A stretch of 64,000 nt of DNA from Brevibacterium luteolum (lineage in GTDB: Bacteria > Actinomycetota > Actinomycetes > Actinomycetales > Brevibacteriaceae), in assembly GCF_013004595.1 (NCBI RefSeq), contig NZ_JABEMC010000001.1, positions 124,001 to 188,000 of the forward strand, read 5' to 3'. Positions 12,357 through 21,618 of this stretch are shown here, in pieces (position 1 is the stretch's first letter; each line of letters starts with the position of its first letter). Made by a program: the position numbers and the translations under genes. The notes beneath the pieces are model-generated. The model had not been told where the DNA came from and did not search any database. It saw nothing but the letters and a program-made list of their open reading frames with translations.

Positions 12357-13880
12357 TCAGGCGTTGCGGTCGGTGGCACCCGGCTGCAGACCGGCGTCCT
12401 CCTGCTTGTCCTTCTCCGGGGCCTTCTCTTCGCCCTTCTTCTTGTCCGTCTTCTCGTCCTTCTTCGGCGGGTCCTTCTTCACCGGTCCGCCGTTCTTCTG
12501 GATCTCGGCGATGTCCTTGCGCATCTGCGGCAGCTTCCCGTAGAGCGCATCGCCTGGGCAGTCGGTCTGACCGAGGTCCCGGTGACCGGAGACGACGTTG
12601 ATCTTCGTTCCCTTGAGCGTGGTCTTGCCGCCGGCATCGACACCGGAGAGCGCGAGCTTCCAGGCGATCGCATGATCGACCGCATCCAGGGTGGCCTGCG
12701 GGGGCGCGGACGTGCCGTAGCTGCCGATGACCGAGATGCCGAAGCTGCCCTGGTTGTAGCCGACCACGTGTGCGCCGACCGGGTTCTTCTTCAGCCCGCC
12801 GCCGCGGCCCTCCCAAAGGCGGCCGTACTTATCGGCGAGCATGTTGTAGCCGATGTCATCCCAGCCGCGGCCCTGCTGGTGGTAGTGCTGGATGCCGCGC
12901 AGGATTGCCGGAACGTCCTCGGCCGTATAGTCATTCGACCCGCCGGTGTGGTGAACGACCGCGGCCTGCACTTTCGCAGTCGTATCCGGATCCGACTTCG
13001 GCTTCGCGGCACCCCACTCCTTGCGGTGCTCGATCTTCGGAGCCTTCACACCGCTGTCCTTGGCGATGGTCTGGGCCGCCGCGGCACCGGGTGCGTAGGC
13101 CATTGTCGCAGCCGTGCCAGAGGCGGCAGGCGCCTGGTCTGCGGCGCTGTCGGCAGCGCCCTCGGTCACCGGGGTGTTGAACTCAACGGCGGTCTCATCG
13201 CCGCTCCAGCGCTTCGGGTCGATGCTGAGGATCCGAGCGTCGTGCGGGGTGGCGTCGCCGAGGATGCGCAGCTGCGCGGCATCCATCCCGGCCAGCGAGT
13301 ACGGTTCGGTGCCCGCGGCGCCGGGCTGCTCGGGGTCGTTGTCGGTGTCGAGACCCGACCAGGCGCTCCACTTACCGTGGGTGCGGGTGCGGATCTCCAC
13401 CTCGGCGTCCTCTGCCCCGCGCCACACGACCCCGACGATGCCGGGAGCGTCATCGGCTGGCTCGACGACATCGGACAGGGCGGCGATCGTGCGGCCGTCC
13501 TCGGTGATGTCAGAGGCCGAACCGTGGATCGCATCCCTCGGTGAGTCGCCGTCCGGCGCCGAGGCACCGGTCGCGCTGGCAGGGTGGGCGAGCGGCTGTG
13601 CCAGGGCGGCGGTGCCGCTGGTCCCGGGTGCGGGTGCGCGCAGCAGGGAGGGCAGGAACGAGAAGTGATCCGCGCTCTGCTGGGCGGCTGCGGATTCGAC
13701 TGCCGCTGAGCGGTCGCGGGCACCGGGGATCCCGATGCCGGCGTCGCTGATCTCGGCGAGATCGATTTCGTTCATCTCAGGCTGCGGGTCCGCGCCGAGG
13801 GCGGCGGACGGTGCGAGCCCGAGTCCGGTCAGCATGCTGGCGGCGACCGCAGTCGCAGTCGCAGAAGCTATGTAGCGCAT
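12357..13880 (-). CDS. secreted N-acetylmuramoyl-L-alanine amidase (PGRP/Amidase_2)
   Basis: signal peptide; VVHHT, GWDDIGYN, GAHVVGYN, GHRD...DCPG. Confidence 0.88.
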   Translation of the reverse strand: MRYIASATATAVAASMLTGLGLAPSAALGADPQPEMNEIDLAEISDAGIGIPGARDRSAAVESAAAQQSADHFSFLPSLLRAPAPGTSGTAALAQPLAHPASATGASAPDGDSPRDAIHGSASDITEDGRTIAALSDVVEPADDAPGIVGVVWRGAEDAEVEIRTRTHGKWSAWSGLDTDNDPEQPGAAGTEPYSLAGMDAAQLRILGDATPHDARILSIDPKRWSGDETAVEFNTPVTEGAADSAADQAPAASGTAATMAYAPGAAAAQTIAKDSGVKAPKIEHRKEWGAAKPKSDPDTTAKVQAAVVHHTGGSNDYTAEDVPAILRGIQHYHQQGRGWDDIGYNMLADKYGRLWEGRGGGLKKNPVGAHVVGYNQGSFGISVIGSYGTSAPPQATLDAVDHAIAWKLALSGVDAGGKTTLKGTKINVVSGHRDLGQTDCPGDALYGKLPQMRKDIAEIQKNGGPVKKDPPKKDEKTDKKKGEEKAPEKDKQEDAGLQPGATDRNA

Positions 13881-14157
13881 GTATGCCTTTCGAGGAAGGG
13901 GAAGACAGGCATTTCGGCGGCGCCGACGCTGGATGCGCAGGACTCGCCGTGTGCCACTATGACACGCATTCGCCCAGATGTCTCGGGTAGGGGTGCGAGA
14001 GGTCGGCAGTCGTTGCCGAATCGAGTTCTTCGTGCTCTGCGACGGGAATCGCGCTGTGAGCCCCGGTGTCCGCGGCAGCAGCGCGGTAGGACAGGTGCGC
14101 CGCCGGTCGCGCGGGCTCGATTTCGCTTAACGTTCGGGTTCCGGTAAGATTTCCTGC

Positions 14158-14242
14158 GGAGGATTCGCCTAGCGGCCTATGGCGCACGCCTGGAACGCGT
14201 GTTGGGTTAACGCCCTCAGGGGTTCAAATCCCCTATCCTCCG
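14158..14242 (+). tRNA. tRNA-Ser(GGA)
   Basis: GGAGGAT/ATCCTCC acceptor stem, anticodon loop CTGGAAC, long variable arm, GGTTCAAATCC T-arm; CCA not encoded. Confidence 0.95.
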
Positions 14243-14245
14243 CGC

Positions 14246-14634
14246 TGTGAAGTCTCGGGACATCGTTCACTCGATGTCCCGAGATTTCTTTTTGTTTTTG
14301 GGGCTGATGTCTCGCGTCATCGTTCCGGGTTTCGCTGTGGAAAACTGCGCGCGAACACGATCGCAAAGCGTCGGTCTGCGGCCCTCGCTGGTATCGGTCG
14401 TACTCCGCGGTTGCTCGCTCATAGCGGCTTGTCTGTGCTAGCTATTACTGGCTTTGCCACCGAATGGCCACAGGATCTGTGGGAATGGCAGGTCAAGGCT
14501 GCGGACATCTCCTCACCGTGTAATGCCATGGTTGAGTCGTGAACGATGACGTGCGACATGCCTGGAACGATCTCGTGAGACATGTGCAGTCGGGATCTAG
14601 GCGGTAGGGGTGAACGATGTCGTGAAACCACTCA
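14246..14634. mobile_element. non-autonomous transposon/MITE (IS481-like ends) at tRNA-Ser 3' end
   Basis: 15-bp direct repeat CCCTATCCTCCGCGC at 14231-14245 and 14635-14649; ends TGTGAAGTCTCGGGACATCGTTCAC / GTGAACGATGTCGTGAAACCACTCA; additional subterminal copies. Confidence 0.7.
14251..14299 (+). terminator. intrinsic terminator formed by the element's left end
   Basis: tctcgggacatcg-ttcact-cgatgtcccgaga followed by T-tract. Confidence 0.7.
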
Positions 14635-14654
14635 CCCTATCCTCCGCGCGATGG

Positions 14655-14699
14655 CGAAGGCTCCTGACCAGAGAAGACGTGGTCAGGGGCCTTCGTCTT
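14655..14699 (+). terminator. probable original tRNA-Ser terminator
   Basis: cgaaggctcctgacca...tggtcaggggccttcg just after the second copy of the tRNA 3' end. Confidence 0.6.
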
Positions 14700-14846
14700 G
14701 TGCTGGTGGAGCGTGTCAGTCCTGATGCTGGGCCGTACATCGGCTTCAGCGCTGCCAGTGTCATCTGATAAAGCGCGAATCGGCGGTCGCGGCCGAGCGC
14801 GAAGTCCCCTGACCAGCACGCTTCGGGGGACTTCAGCATCAGCACA

Positions 14847-15515
14847 TCAGGGCTGGAAGTCATCGGGTCCGTGGAATGCGGCACCGAGCTTCGTCTCCAG
14901 GATATCCATGGTGTTCTGCTCAGCCAGGTGTGTGTACGCCGTCCACTTCTCGTCGTCATGGGTGAAGAAGGCCGCTTCGTAGTCACCCTGCACCGACGGC
15001 ATCGTCTGGTGGAAGTCGGAGTCGACATCGGCGCTGTCGGTGAAGAAGCGCCGCAGTACGCGTTCCTTGCCGTCGGGATACATCTCTGTCGGGGCCGATC
15101 GAACGCAGTCGACGGCCACCAGCGCTCCCTCCAGCGGCCCGAACAGGCCATCATCCTGAGGTCCCTCGTCGAGTCGGCTCCACTCACTCAGCGGTGTGCC
15201 GGGAGTGAACTCTTCTCGCTCACTGCAGGCGCCGCGACCCATTACCGACTCCACTGCCGCACCGACCTTCTGCTCAACGGCGGACATGGGATCAGCCTTC
15301 GAACCCGTGCCTGCACCGTCCTTCTGCGCTGGGCCCGTGGCATCCTCGGCGACGGGTTGCTCGCCACCCTCAGGCGCATCCTCCCCGGCCGTGTCCTCGG
15401 GGGCAGAGCTTGGAGTGGAATCGGCTGGTGGCTGCGAACTGCTGCCGCAACCAGCCAGCACCATGAGCGATGTCAGGAGTGCGGCGGAGAGGACTGAGGG
15501 CGTGCCAGGGCGCAT
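14847..15515 (-). CDS. hypothetical lipoprotein
   Basis: lipobox LAGC, disordered linker; GAAAGG RBS. Confidence 0.7.
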   Translation of the reverse strand: MRPGTPSVLSAALLTSLMVLAGCGSSSQPPADSTPSSAPEDTAGEDAPEGGEQPVAEDATGPAQKDGAGTGSKADPMSAVEQKVGAAVESVMGRGACSEREEFTPGTPLSEWSRLDEGPQDDGLFGPLEGALVAVDCVRSAPTEMYPDGKERVLRRFFTDSADVDSDFHQTMPSVQGDYEAAFFTHDDEKWTAYTHLAEQNTMDILETKLGAAFHGPDDFQP

Positions 15516-15669
15516 GAGCGGTGCCTTTCCGGTCTCAGAGTGCTGGTGACGGAGTTCACATCGATCCTATGGCACCCGGACTGGTCACGGCCGATCACCG
15601 CCGCATACCGCATCTGCCTGGCTACACTGTCCTCAGTGCCGAACCCGCGATCCGAGTGAGGGCAAGCCG

Positions 15670-16377
15670 TTGAAGACTTCGACCGATGTTGTCCGCTACT
15701 CCGTTTCGACCGCTGCGGCGACCCTCCTGACCCTGCTGATCGAAACGGCCGGAATCCTCCTGCTGCGCCCAGACTCGACGGACGGATCGCTGCGGACTGA
15801 GCTCGTCGTCCTCTTCTACCTGCTGTTCTGGAACCTTTTCGTCCTCATCTACGTCACGTGGACGATACGGAGCTACAAGCTTCTGCGCGGACCGGCGCTC
15901 ATCGATCAGGTGCGTCGCGAAGTCCGGGTGCAGAGCCGCTGGTGGGCGCGGGCTTTCGGGTTCAGTGGTGCGACGAACTTCGCTGTCACCGCTGCCGCCT
16001 TCGCCATCTTCCTCACCGTCGTGCTCGCCCAGACTGAGGTGGTGCGCCAGTCGCTGCTCTACCTCGCACTCGGCGTCCTCGCCGTTGCCGCCTCCTGGGT
16101 GTTCATGGTCTTCGCCTTCGCCGCCGCCTACATGCACCTCAACGTGCCGGCCGTCGAGAGGCGCCACATCCGCTTCCACAGCGAACCGCCCGAGGAGTTC
16201 GACGACTACCTTACCCTGGCAGTGCTCGCCTCGACGATGGCCGCGGGCATCTCAGCACAGATCCGCACGAAGGCTGCCTGGAGGCAGGTGCGCACCAATG
16301 TCGTCGTCGCCTTCGGGTTCAACTCGCTCGTGCTCGCGATGATCGTCTCGGTCGTCATCTCCGCCCTGTCCCGGTGA
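15670..16377 (+). CDS. DUF1345-like membrane protein
   Basis: TM segments; [22 protein letters not shown] pattern; start uncertain. Confidence 0.65.
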   Translation: MKTSTDVVRYSVSTAAATLLTLLIETAGILLLRPDSTDGSLRTELVVLFYLLFWNLFVLIYVTWTIRSYKLLRGPALIDQVRREVRVQSRWWARAFGFSGATNFAVTAAAFAIFLTVVLAQTEVVRQSLLYLALGVLAVAASWVFMVFAFAAAYMHLNVPAVERRHIRFHSEPPEEFDDYLTLAVLASTMAAGISAQIRTKAAWRQVRTNVVVAFGFNSLVLAMIVSVVISALSR

Positions 16378-16422
16378 CGGCGCTGCCGCGTAAGGCACCG
16401 GGCCCGAGGCGGCAGCTGGGTC

Positions 16423-16812
16423 TCACTTCCTGCGCGGGGTGAACGACGTGGAGCACGTCCACTTCGTCTTGCCCTTCGTGGCGGTGACGGTGACCTTGAC
16501 CTTGCGGTTCGGGGTGGCGCCGGAGATGTAGTAGTTGACGTTCGCCCGGCCCTTCGTCGAGGCGGTCGCCTTCTTCTTCGTCTTCGTCGTCTTGTAGTGC
16601 GCGACCGTCTGGATCTTGGCCTTCGAGCCGACCTTCGAGACCTGCACCGAGGTGTTCGAGTACTGGCGCGGCTTGCTGTTCGACATCTTCACCGCGCACG
16701 TCTTGTTCGCGGCTTCAGCAGGGGCCGGTGCGGCCAGTGCGGCGCCGGAGGCCAGCGCGATCGCGGTGAGCCCGGCAGCGAGCCGGCGGCGGAATGAAAC
16801 GGCAGCAGTCAT
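16423..16812 (-). CDS. small basic secreted protein
   Basis: signal peptide ending AEA; Lys/Thr-rich beta-type domain bracketed by two Cys; GAAGGA RBS. Confidence 0.7.
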   Translation of the reverse strand: MTAAVSFRRRLAAGLTAIALASGAALAAPAPAEAANKTCAVKMSNSKPRQYSNTSVQVSKVGSKAKIQTVAHYKTTKTKKKATASTKGRANVNYYISGATPNRKVKVTVTATKGKTKWTCSTSFTPRRK

Positions 16813-17046
16813 GCAAGAGTCCTTCACATGTGAGGTGGGGTGGCACTGCCTGCTCCGTCGTCATCGAATCAAGTCGTCATCTTCTGTCCGCAGTGCCGGT
16901 GAACAGGGAGGATCCTATCCTGCCGCCTCCACCGGCTCGGCACGCGGTTCGGCATTCGAGCCGGATCCGGCGGTAATCTGAGACGCAGGACAGCAATGCG
17001 CATCCGCTGAGCACGGATGCAGTGCCAGAAGCGGAAGGCGGCCACG

Positions 17047-17889
17047 ATGAAGCACCCCTTGAGCGGCAGAACCGTCCTCATCACCGGTGCCGGCAGCGGC
17101 ATCGGCCGGCTGCTCGCCGAAGGTGCTGCCGCCCGCGGCGCCCGGGTGGTGATCTGGGATCTCTCGCCCGCCTCGGGTGCGGAAGTCTGCGAGGCGATCC
17201 GGGCCCGAGGCGGTGAGGCGCTCTCGTTCGCCGTCGACGTCACCGACCGGGAGGCAGTCGCCGCCGCCGCCGATCAGACGGGCCCGGTCGATGTGCTCGT
17301 CAACAACGCTGGGATCGTCACCGGCAAACGTCTGCTCGACGCTGCCGACGAGGAGATCGAGCGGACCTTCGCCGTCAACACACTTGCCCTGTACTGGGTG
17401 ACCAGGGCGTTCCTGCCCGGCATGATCGCCCGCCGGTCCGGGCTGGTGGTCACGATCGCGAGTGCGGCAGGACTCGTCGGGGTCGCCAAGCAGACCGACT
17501 ACTCGGCCAGCAAGTTCGCCGCCGTCGGATTCGCCGAATCACTGCGCGTCGAACTGGCCAAGGACGACACCGGTGTCGACTCCTTCGTCGTGTGCCCGTA
17601 CTACATCGACACCGGCATGTTCGCTGGCGTCAAGACGAAGTTCCCGCGGCTGCTGCCGATCCTCAGCCCGGACTATGCCGCCGGCCGGATCCTCGACGCG
17701 ATCGAGTCCGGGCGCATCCAGCTCATCATGCCCCGGTTCGTGCGCACCCTGCCGCTCGTGCGGATGCTGCCGGTCGCCTGGTTCGACCAGATCATGAACG
17801 CCCTGGGCGTCAACAACACGATGGATGCCTTCACCGGCCGCCGGCAGCCGGCAGAACCCCAAACCGCAACGGTGGATCGGCAGGTCTGA
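17047..17889 (+). CDS. short-chain dehydrogenase/reductase
   Basis: TGAGSGIG, NNAG, YSASK. Confidence 0.92.
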   Translation: MKHPLSGRTVLITGAGSGIGRLLAEGAAARGARVVIWDLSPASGAEVCEAIRARGGEALSFAVDVTDREAVAAAADQTGPVDVLVNNAGIVTGKRLLDAADEEIERTFAVNTLALYWVTRAFLPGMIARRSGLVVTIASAAGLVGVAKQTDYSASKFAAVGFAESLRVELAKDDTGVDSFVVCPYYIDTGMFAGVKTKFPRLLPILSPDYAAGRILDAIESGRIQLIMPRFVRTLPLVRMLPVAWFDQIMNALGVNNTMDAFTGRRQPAEPQTATVDRQV

Positions 17890-17890
17890 G

Positions 17891-18844
17891 ATGAGCTACC
17901 AGCCCTACCCGCCGCGCCCGCCGCGTCGGCCCGGACCACCGCGTCGGCCTGGACCGCCGCGTCGGCCCGGACCACCGCCTCCATCCGGAGCGGGACAGCC
18001 GCTGCCACCCGGAAACCGGCAGCCTCCGGGACACCGGCCACCCCACGGCGGCCCCGGCCACCCGCCCCAGCAGGCCGGGCCCGGGGCGCCGCCACCGCCT
18101 CGGCGCCGGACAACCGGACCGCGAGTCGCGCACCCGCGACCGGACATGAGACCAGGCTCAAAGCCTGCCGACCGGCGGCCGCCGCGCTGGACCTCCGACG
18201 TCGGCCGCTGCGTGGGGATGGCGATCGTGTGGCTCGTCATCGGCACTGCGTTCGTCATCGGCGTGCACTTCAGGCTCGTGCGCCACAACAACCTCACGAC
18301 CATTGACAGCACGGAGGTCTTTGCGGCGATGTGGCTGGGACTGCTCGGCATGTTGGTGCCGTTGGCGTTCATCGGAGAGAAGCGCGTCGATCGCGGAGTG
18401 CGCTTCGACGGGCTCGTCTCGATGTTCACCATCAGCTCCATCCTCGTTGCGCTCATGGGACTCATCGCCACGGTCGCCTGGAAACCGATCATCGGCTCCG
18501 AAGCCGTGCCCGGCAGCGTGCTCGACGAGCTCTTCTCCACCCCAGCAGCTGCGCTCATCAGCTTCCTCTTCCTGCTCACGGCGACCGCCGTCGCGATCGC
18601 CGCAGCCATCCCGCTGGCGGCTGATGCGTTTCCGCGCTGGGTGAGCGCCGGGGTCGGTCTGCCGGTGTGGATCATCGCCGGCATCGCCAGCGGGTTCGCG
18701 GCGATCTTCGTCTTCGGCGGCCCGCCGACACTGCTGCGGCTGGTGCTGTGGTTCCTCGCCGCCGTCGTGAGCCTGACGGTCATGTGCCTCGTGCTCGTGC
18801 TGGTGCAGCGCTGGCGGGTTGCGCGCGGCATCTTCCCGCGTTGA
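17891..18844 (+). CDS. membrane protein with Pro/Arg-rich N-terminus
   Basis: ATG 1 nt after SDR stop; PPRRPG tandem repeats; ~6 TM segments. Confidence 0.7.
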   Translation: MSYQPYPPRPPRRPGPPRRPGPPRRPGPPPPSGAGQPLPPGNRQPPGHRPPHGGPGHPPQQAGPGAPPPPRRRTTGPRVAHPRPDMRPGSKPADRRPPRWTSDVGRCVGMAIVWLVIGTAFVIGVHFRLVRHNNLTTIDSTEVFAAMWLGLLGMLVPLAFIGEKRVDRGVRFDGLVSMFTISSILVALMGLIATVAWKPIIGSEAVPGSVLDELFSTPAAALISFLFLLTATAVAIAAAIPLAADAFPRWVSAGVGLPVWIIAGIASGFAAIFVFGGPPTLLRLVLWFLAAVVSLTVMCLVLVLVQRWRVARGIFPR

Positions 18845-18925
18845 GGCTCTCAGACTCTTCGGTCGCAGGCGCCAAGGCGCCGAGACTGCGGGGCGGAAGC
18901 CGCTGGCAGCCCCTATCGTGTGAGT

Positions 18926-19513
18926 ATGACCCAAATAACAGACCGCTATCCCGCCGCTGAGCTTACCGACCTGCCCGCTGACATCCGCACCCGCATCGAG
19001 GAGGTCGCCGAACAGACCGGATTCGTGCCCAACGTCTTCATCCACCTCGCCCGCCGGCCAGCCGAGTTCCGTGCCTTCTTCGCGTACTACGACGCGCTCA
19101 TGGAGAAGGAAACCGGCAACCTCACCAAGGCCGATAGGGAGATGATCGTGACCGTCACCTCGGCGGCCAACAGCTGCCTGTACTGTGTCGTCGCCCACGG
19201 GGCCGTGCTGCGGATCTTCGAGAAGGACCCCTACATCGCCGATCAGGTGGCGCTGGACTACCGGCATGCCGACATTCCCGCCCGGCAGATGGCGATGCTC
19301 GACTTCGCGATGAAGGTCCAGCAGACCCCGTGGCTCATCTGCGATGACGACTTCGCAGCACTGGCCGAACACGGCTTCGACGATGAAGACGCCTGGGACA
19401 TCACCGCGATCACCGGGTTCTTCGGCCTGTCCAACCGGATGGCGACAGTCACTGGGATGGCACCGAACCCCGAGTTCTATCTCATGGGCCGGGTGCCCCG
19501 CGACAAACGGTGA
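18926..19513 (+). CDS. peroxidase-related (AhpD/CMD-like) enzyme
   Basis: GFVPNVF, REMI...SAANSCLYCVVAH, FFGLSNR. Confidence 0.88.
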   Translation: MTQITDRYPAAELTDLPADIRTRIEEVAEQTGFVPNVFIHLARRPAEFRAFFAYYDALMEKETGNLTKADREMIVTVTSAANSCLYCVVAHGAVLRIFEKDPYIADQVALDYRHADIPARQMAMLDFAMKVQQTPWLICDDDFAALAEHGFDDEDAWDITAITGFFGLSNRMATVTGMAPNPEFYLMGRVPRDKR

Positions 19514-19678
19514 CACCTCAGTCGGCCGGTGGCACCTCAGTCGGCGCCGCCCCGGTCTGTGACGGCCCTGTCGGTGACATCCCAGCACCCGCCGAGTCCT
19601 GAACAGACATCGCGCACCCGTTCTTCACGCTCACGCAAGCAGCGCGGGGCGCGGCACATGCGGGTGGGCAGGGCCCAA

Positions 19679-20188
19679 TCACGCAGAACGATTATGATGC
19701 CTCGCCGGCTGAGGGCCCTGCGCGTGGGGTGCCGCACCGGCTGCGGCAGCCGGTGCGACGAGCGTGCGGGCCTGCACCCAGGTGAAGGCGGCGAGCACAC
19801 AGAACAGCACCGCATCGAGGGCGATGTAGACCAGATGCACGGCACTTCCCGGGGCGCCGGTGCCGTTCAAGACCGCTTCGGTGCGGGCGTTGAGCAGCGG
19901 GCGGACGATGGCGACCTTGATGAGCACGATGCCGGTGATCGTCGCGAGCAGCGTCCAGGCCGGGCGGACCTGCCGGGTCATGATGACGGCTGCGATGAGC
20001 ATGATCGCGAGCACGCCTTCGACGATGTTCATCGCAGTGAACACGAGCCGCCCAATCCCCAGCCCCAGCGGGATCGTGATCCCCGGCGCCTGGAACTTCA
20101 GGGGTGCCTCGATGAGGTCGATGGCGATGATGAGGCCCAGCCAGATCGCAGGGATGATGAGCCGGGCGGTCAGGGCAGCAAAGCGCAT
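19679..20188 (-). CDS. 4-TM membrane protein
   Basis: EAPLKFQAPG, LGIGRLVF, HLVYIALD. Confidence 0.7.
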   Translation of the reverse strand: MRFAALTARLIIPAIWLGLIIAIDLIEAPLKFQAPGITIPLGLGIGRLVFTAMNIVEGVLAIMLIAAVIMTRQVRPAWTLLATITGIVLIKVAIVRPLLNARTEAVLNGTGAPGSAVHLVYIALDAVLFCVLAAFTWVQARTLVAPAAAAGAAPHAQGPQPARHHNRSA

Positions 20189-20239
20189 GAGCGCAGTCTA
20201 CGCCCGGCCTGCACCTCCGCCGTCAGCTGACCAGCATGC

Positions 20240-21304
20240 TCAACCGATGATCCCAAAACGGTAGCCGGCGTCCTGGTAGTGCTTGATGATCGCCGGCAGC
20301 GCCTGGGTCGTCAGCTGTTTGTTCTTCGCATCGTGCATGAGTACGACCTCGACGTTCGGGTTCTTCTCAGCGTCCCGGCGCTGGGTCAGGCGCTTGAGCT
20401 GACCGGCGACGTCGTGGGGTCTGCGGCTGGCCGGTTCGGCATCGCCGTTGACGGTTGACCAGTCGACCCACGTTGCGCCCCGGTCGGCGAGTGCCGCATC
20501 GGCGGCTTGCATGTTCTTCCACGACATGTGCCCGCCGGGATACCGGTAGGCCGTCGAAGCGTAGTCCTCACCGAGCACCCCGCGCACGGCCTTGACCGCA
20601 CGGTCGTAGTCTCGGCCGATCTGCCCGGCGGCGGCCTGCTTGCCGGGGTACAGCCGCTTGTAGTCATGCGAGTGCGAATGGATCGCCACCGCGCTGCCCT
20701 GGTCGATGACCTCTCGCACGATCGGCGCTGTGGAGTTGTTGATCTGCTTGCCCACTTGGAAGAACGTCGCATGCACGTCGTGGTCGCTCATCACCTTCAG
20801 GTTCTTCGTCGTCTGCTCCGTCGGCCCGTCATCGAAGGTGAGGAACACGATCTTCTCATCCGGGTACCCCTTCGCCTCGCTGCCCTCGTGCAGCCACCGG
20901 CTGACGTCCGCAGCAGGGTAGGCGTAGTCCTCGGCGGCGGCCGCATAGGCCTTGCCCGGTGCCACGCCCGAGGCGGCAGGCGCCTTTTCGACCAGCTCGC
21001 CGGGCGGCCGGGTCGGGGTCTCCTGCGGGGCGGTGAGCTCAGGCTGTCGGCTCGTGTCCGGCTGCTTGTCACCGGCGTCGCCGAGGCGGGCCTCCGGTTC
21101 GGTCTCCGGCCTGGACTCGCGGCGTTCGGCAGTGGAGTGGGAGGCCGGCTCGGCTTGGTGGGTCTCGGCGTATCCGGCTGCGACGGTGCGTGCCGAGTGT
21201 GTGTCGTGCAGCAGGGTGTGGGCGGCGGCCGGGGCGACGGTCAGGGCGCCGAGCCCGACAGTGGTGCAGGCAGCCAGAGTCGCCAGTCGCTGACGCGAAG
21301 TCAT
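20240..21304 (-). CDS. secreted polysaccharide deacetylase (CE4)
   Basis: LTFDDGP, HSHSH, RYPGG, LMHD motifs; signal peptide. Confidence 0.9.
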   Translation of the reverse strand: MTSRQRLATLAACTTVGLGALTVAPAAAHTLLHDTHSARTVAAGYAETHQAEPASHSTAERRESRPETEPEARLGDAGDKQPDTSRQPELTAPQETPTRPPGELVEKAPAASGVAPGKAYAAAAEDYAYPAADVSRWLHEGSEAKGYPDEKIVFLTFDDGPTEQTTKNLKVMSDHDVHATFFQVGKQINNSTAPIVREVIDQGSAVAIHSHSHDYKRLYPGKQAAAGQIGRDYDRAVKAVRGVLGEDYASTAYRYPGGHMSWKNMQAADAALADRGATWVDWSTVNGDAEPASRRPHDVAGQLKRLTQRRDAEKNPNVEVVLMHDAKNKQLTTQALPAIIKHYQDAGYRFGIIG

Positions 21305-21618
21305 GGGGGAAGTCCTTCCGCGGTTGCGTTCTTCTCCGCATTCAACTCCCGATTCGCCCCGAATGCGAGGACCCAGGCCGGTCATGCCGCGACTTTCTCA
21401 TCTCGGCTCCAGCCGCGCGGCGGTGGGATGCCCTCCGATGTGCAGGGACCTGGGCGGGTTCATCGGGGTTTCACCGCGGTGTCACGAGATTGCCACACGG
21501 GTGCGCCGTTCGATCACCTGAGCGCGTGATGGGGCAGGGTACATTGGCTCCCAACTGCCCATCCTGTGCCCGCCCGGCATCGCCGCCGGCAGGCCACGAC
21601 TGAGACGAAGGACATCCG

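Noticed and set aside
14246..14634. Prophage or integrase island at tRNA-Ser
   Set aside because: Only 389 bp lie between the duplicated tRNA ends, with no integrase or phage genes; the small internal ORFs are unconvincing.
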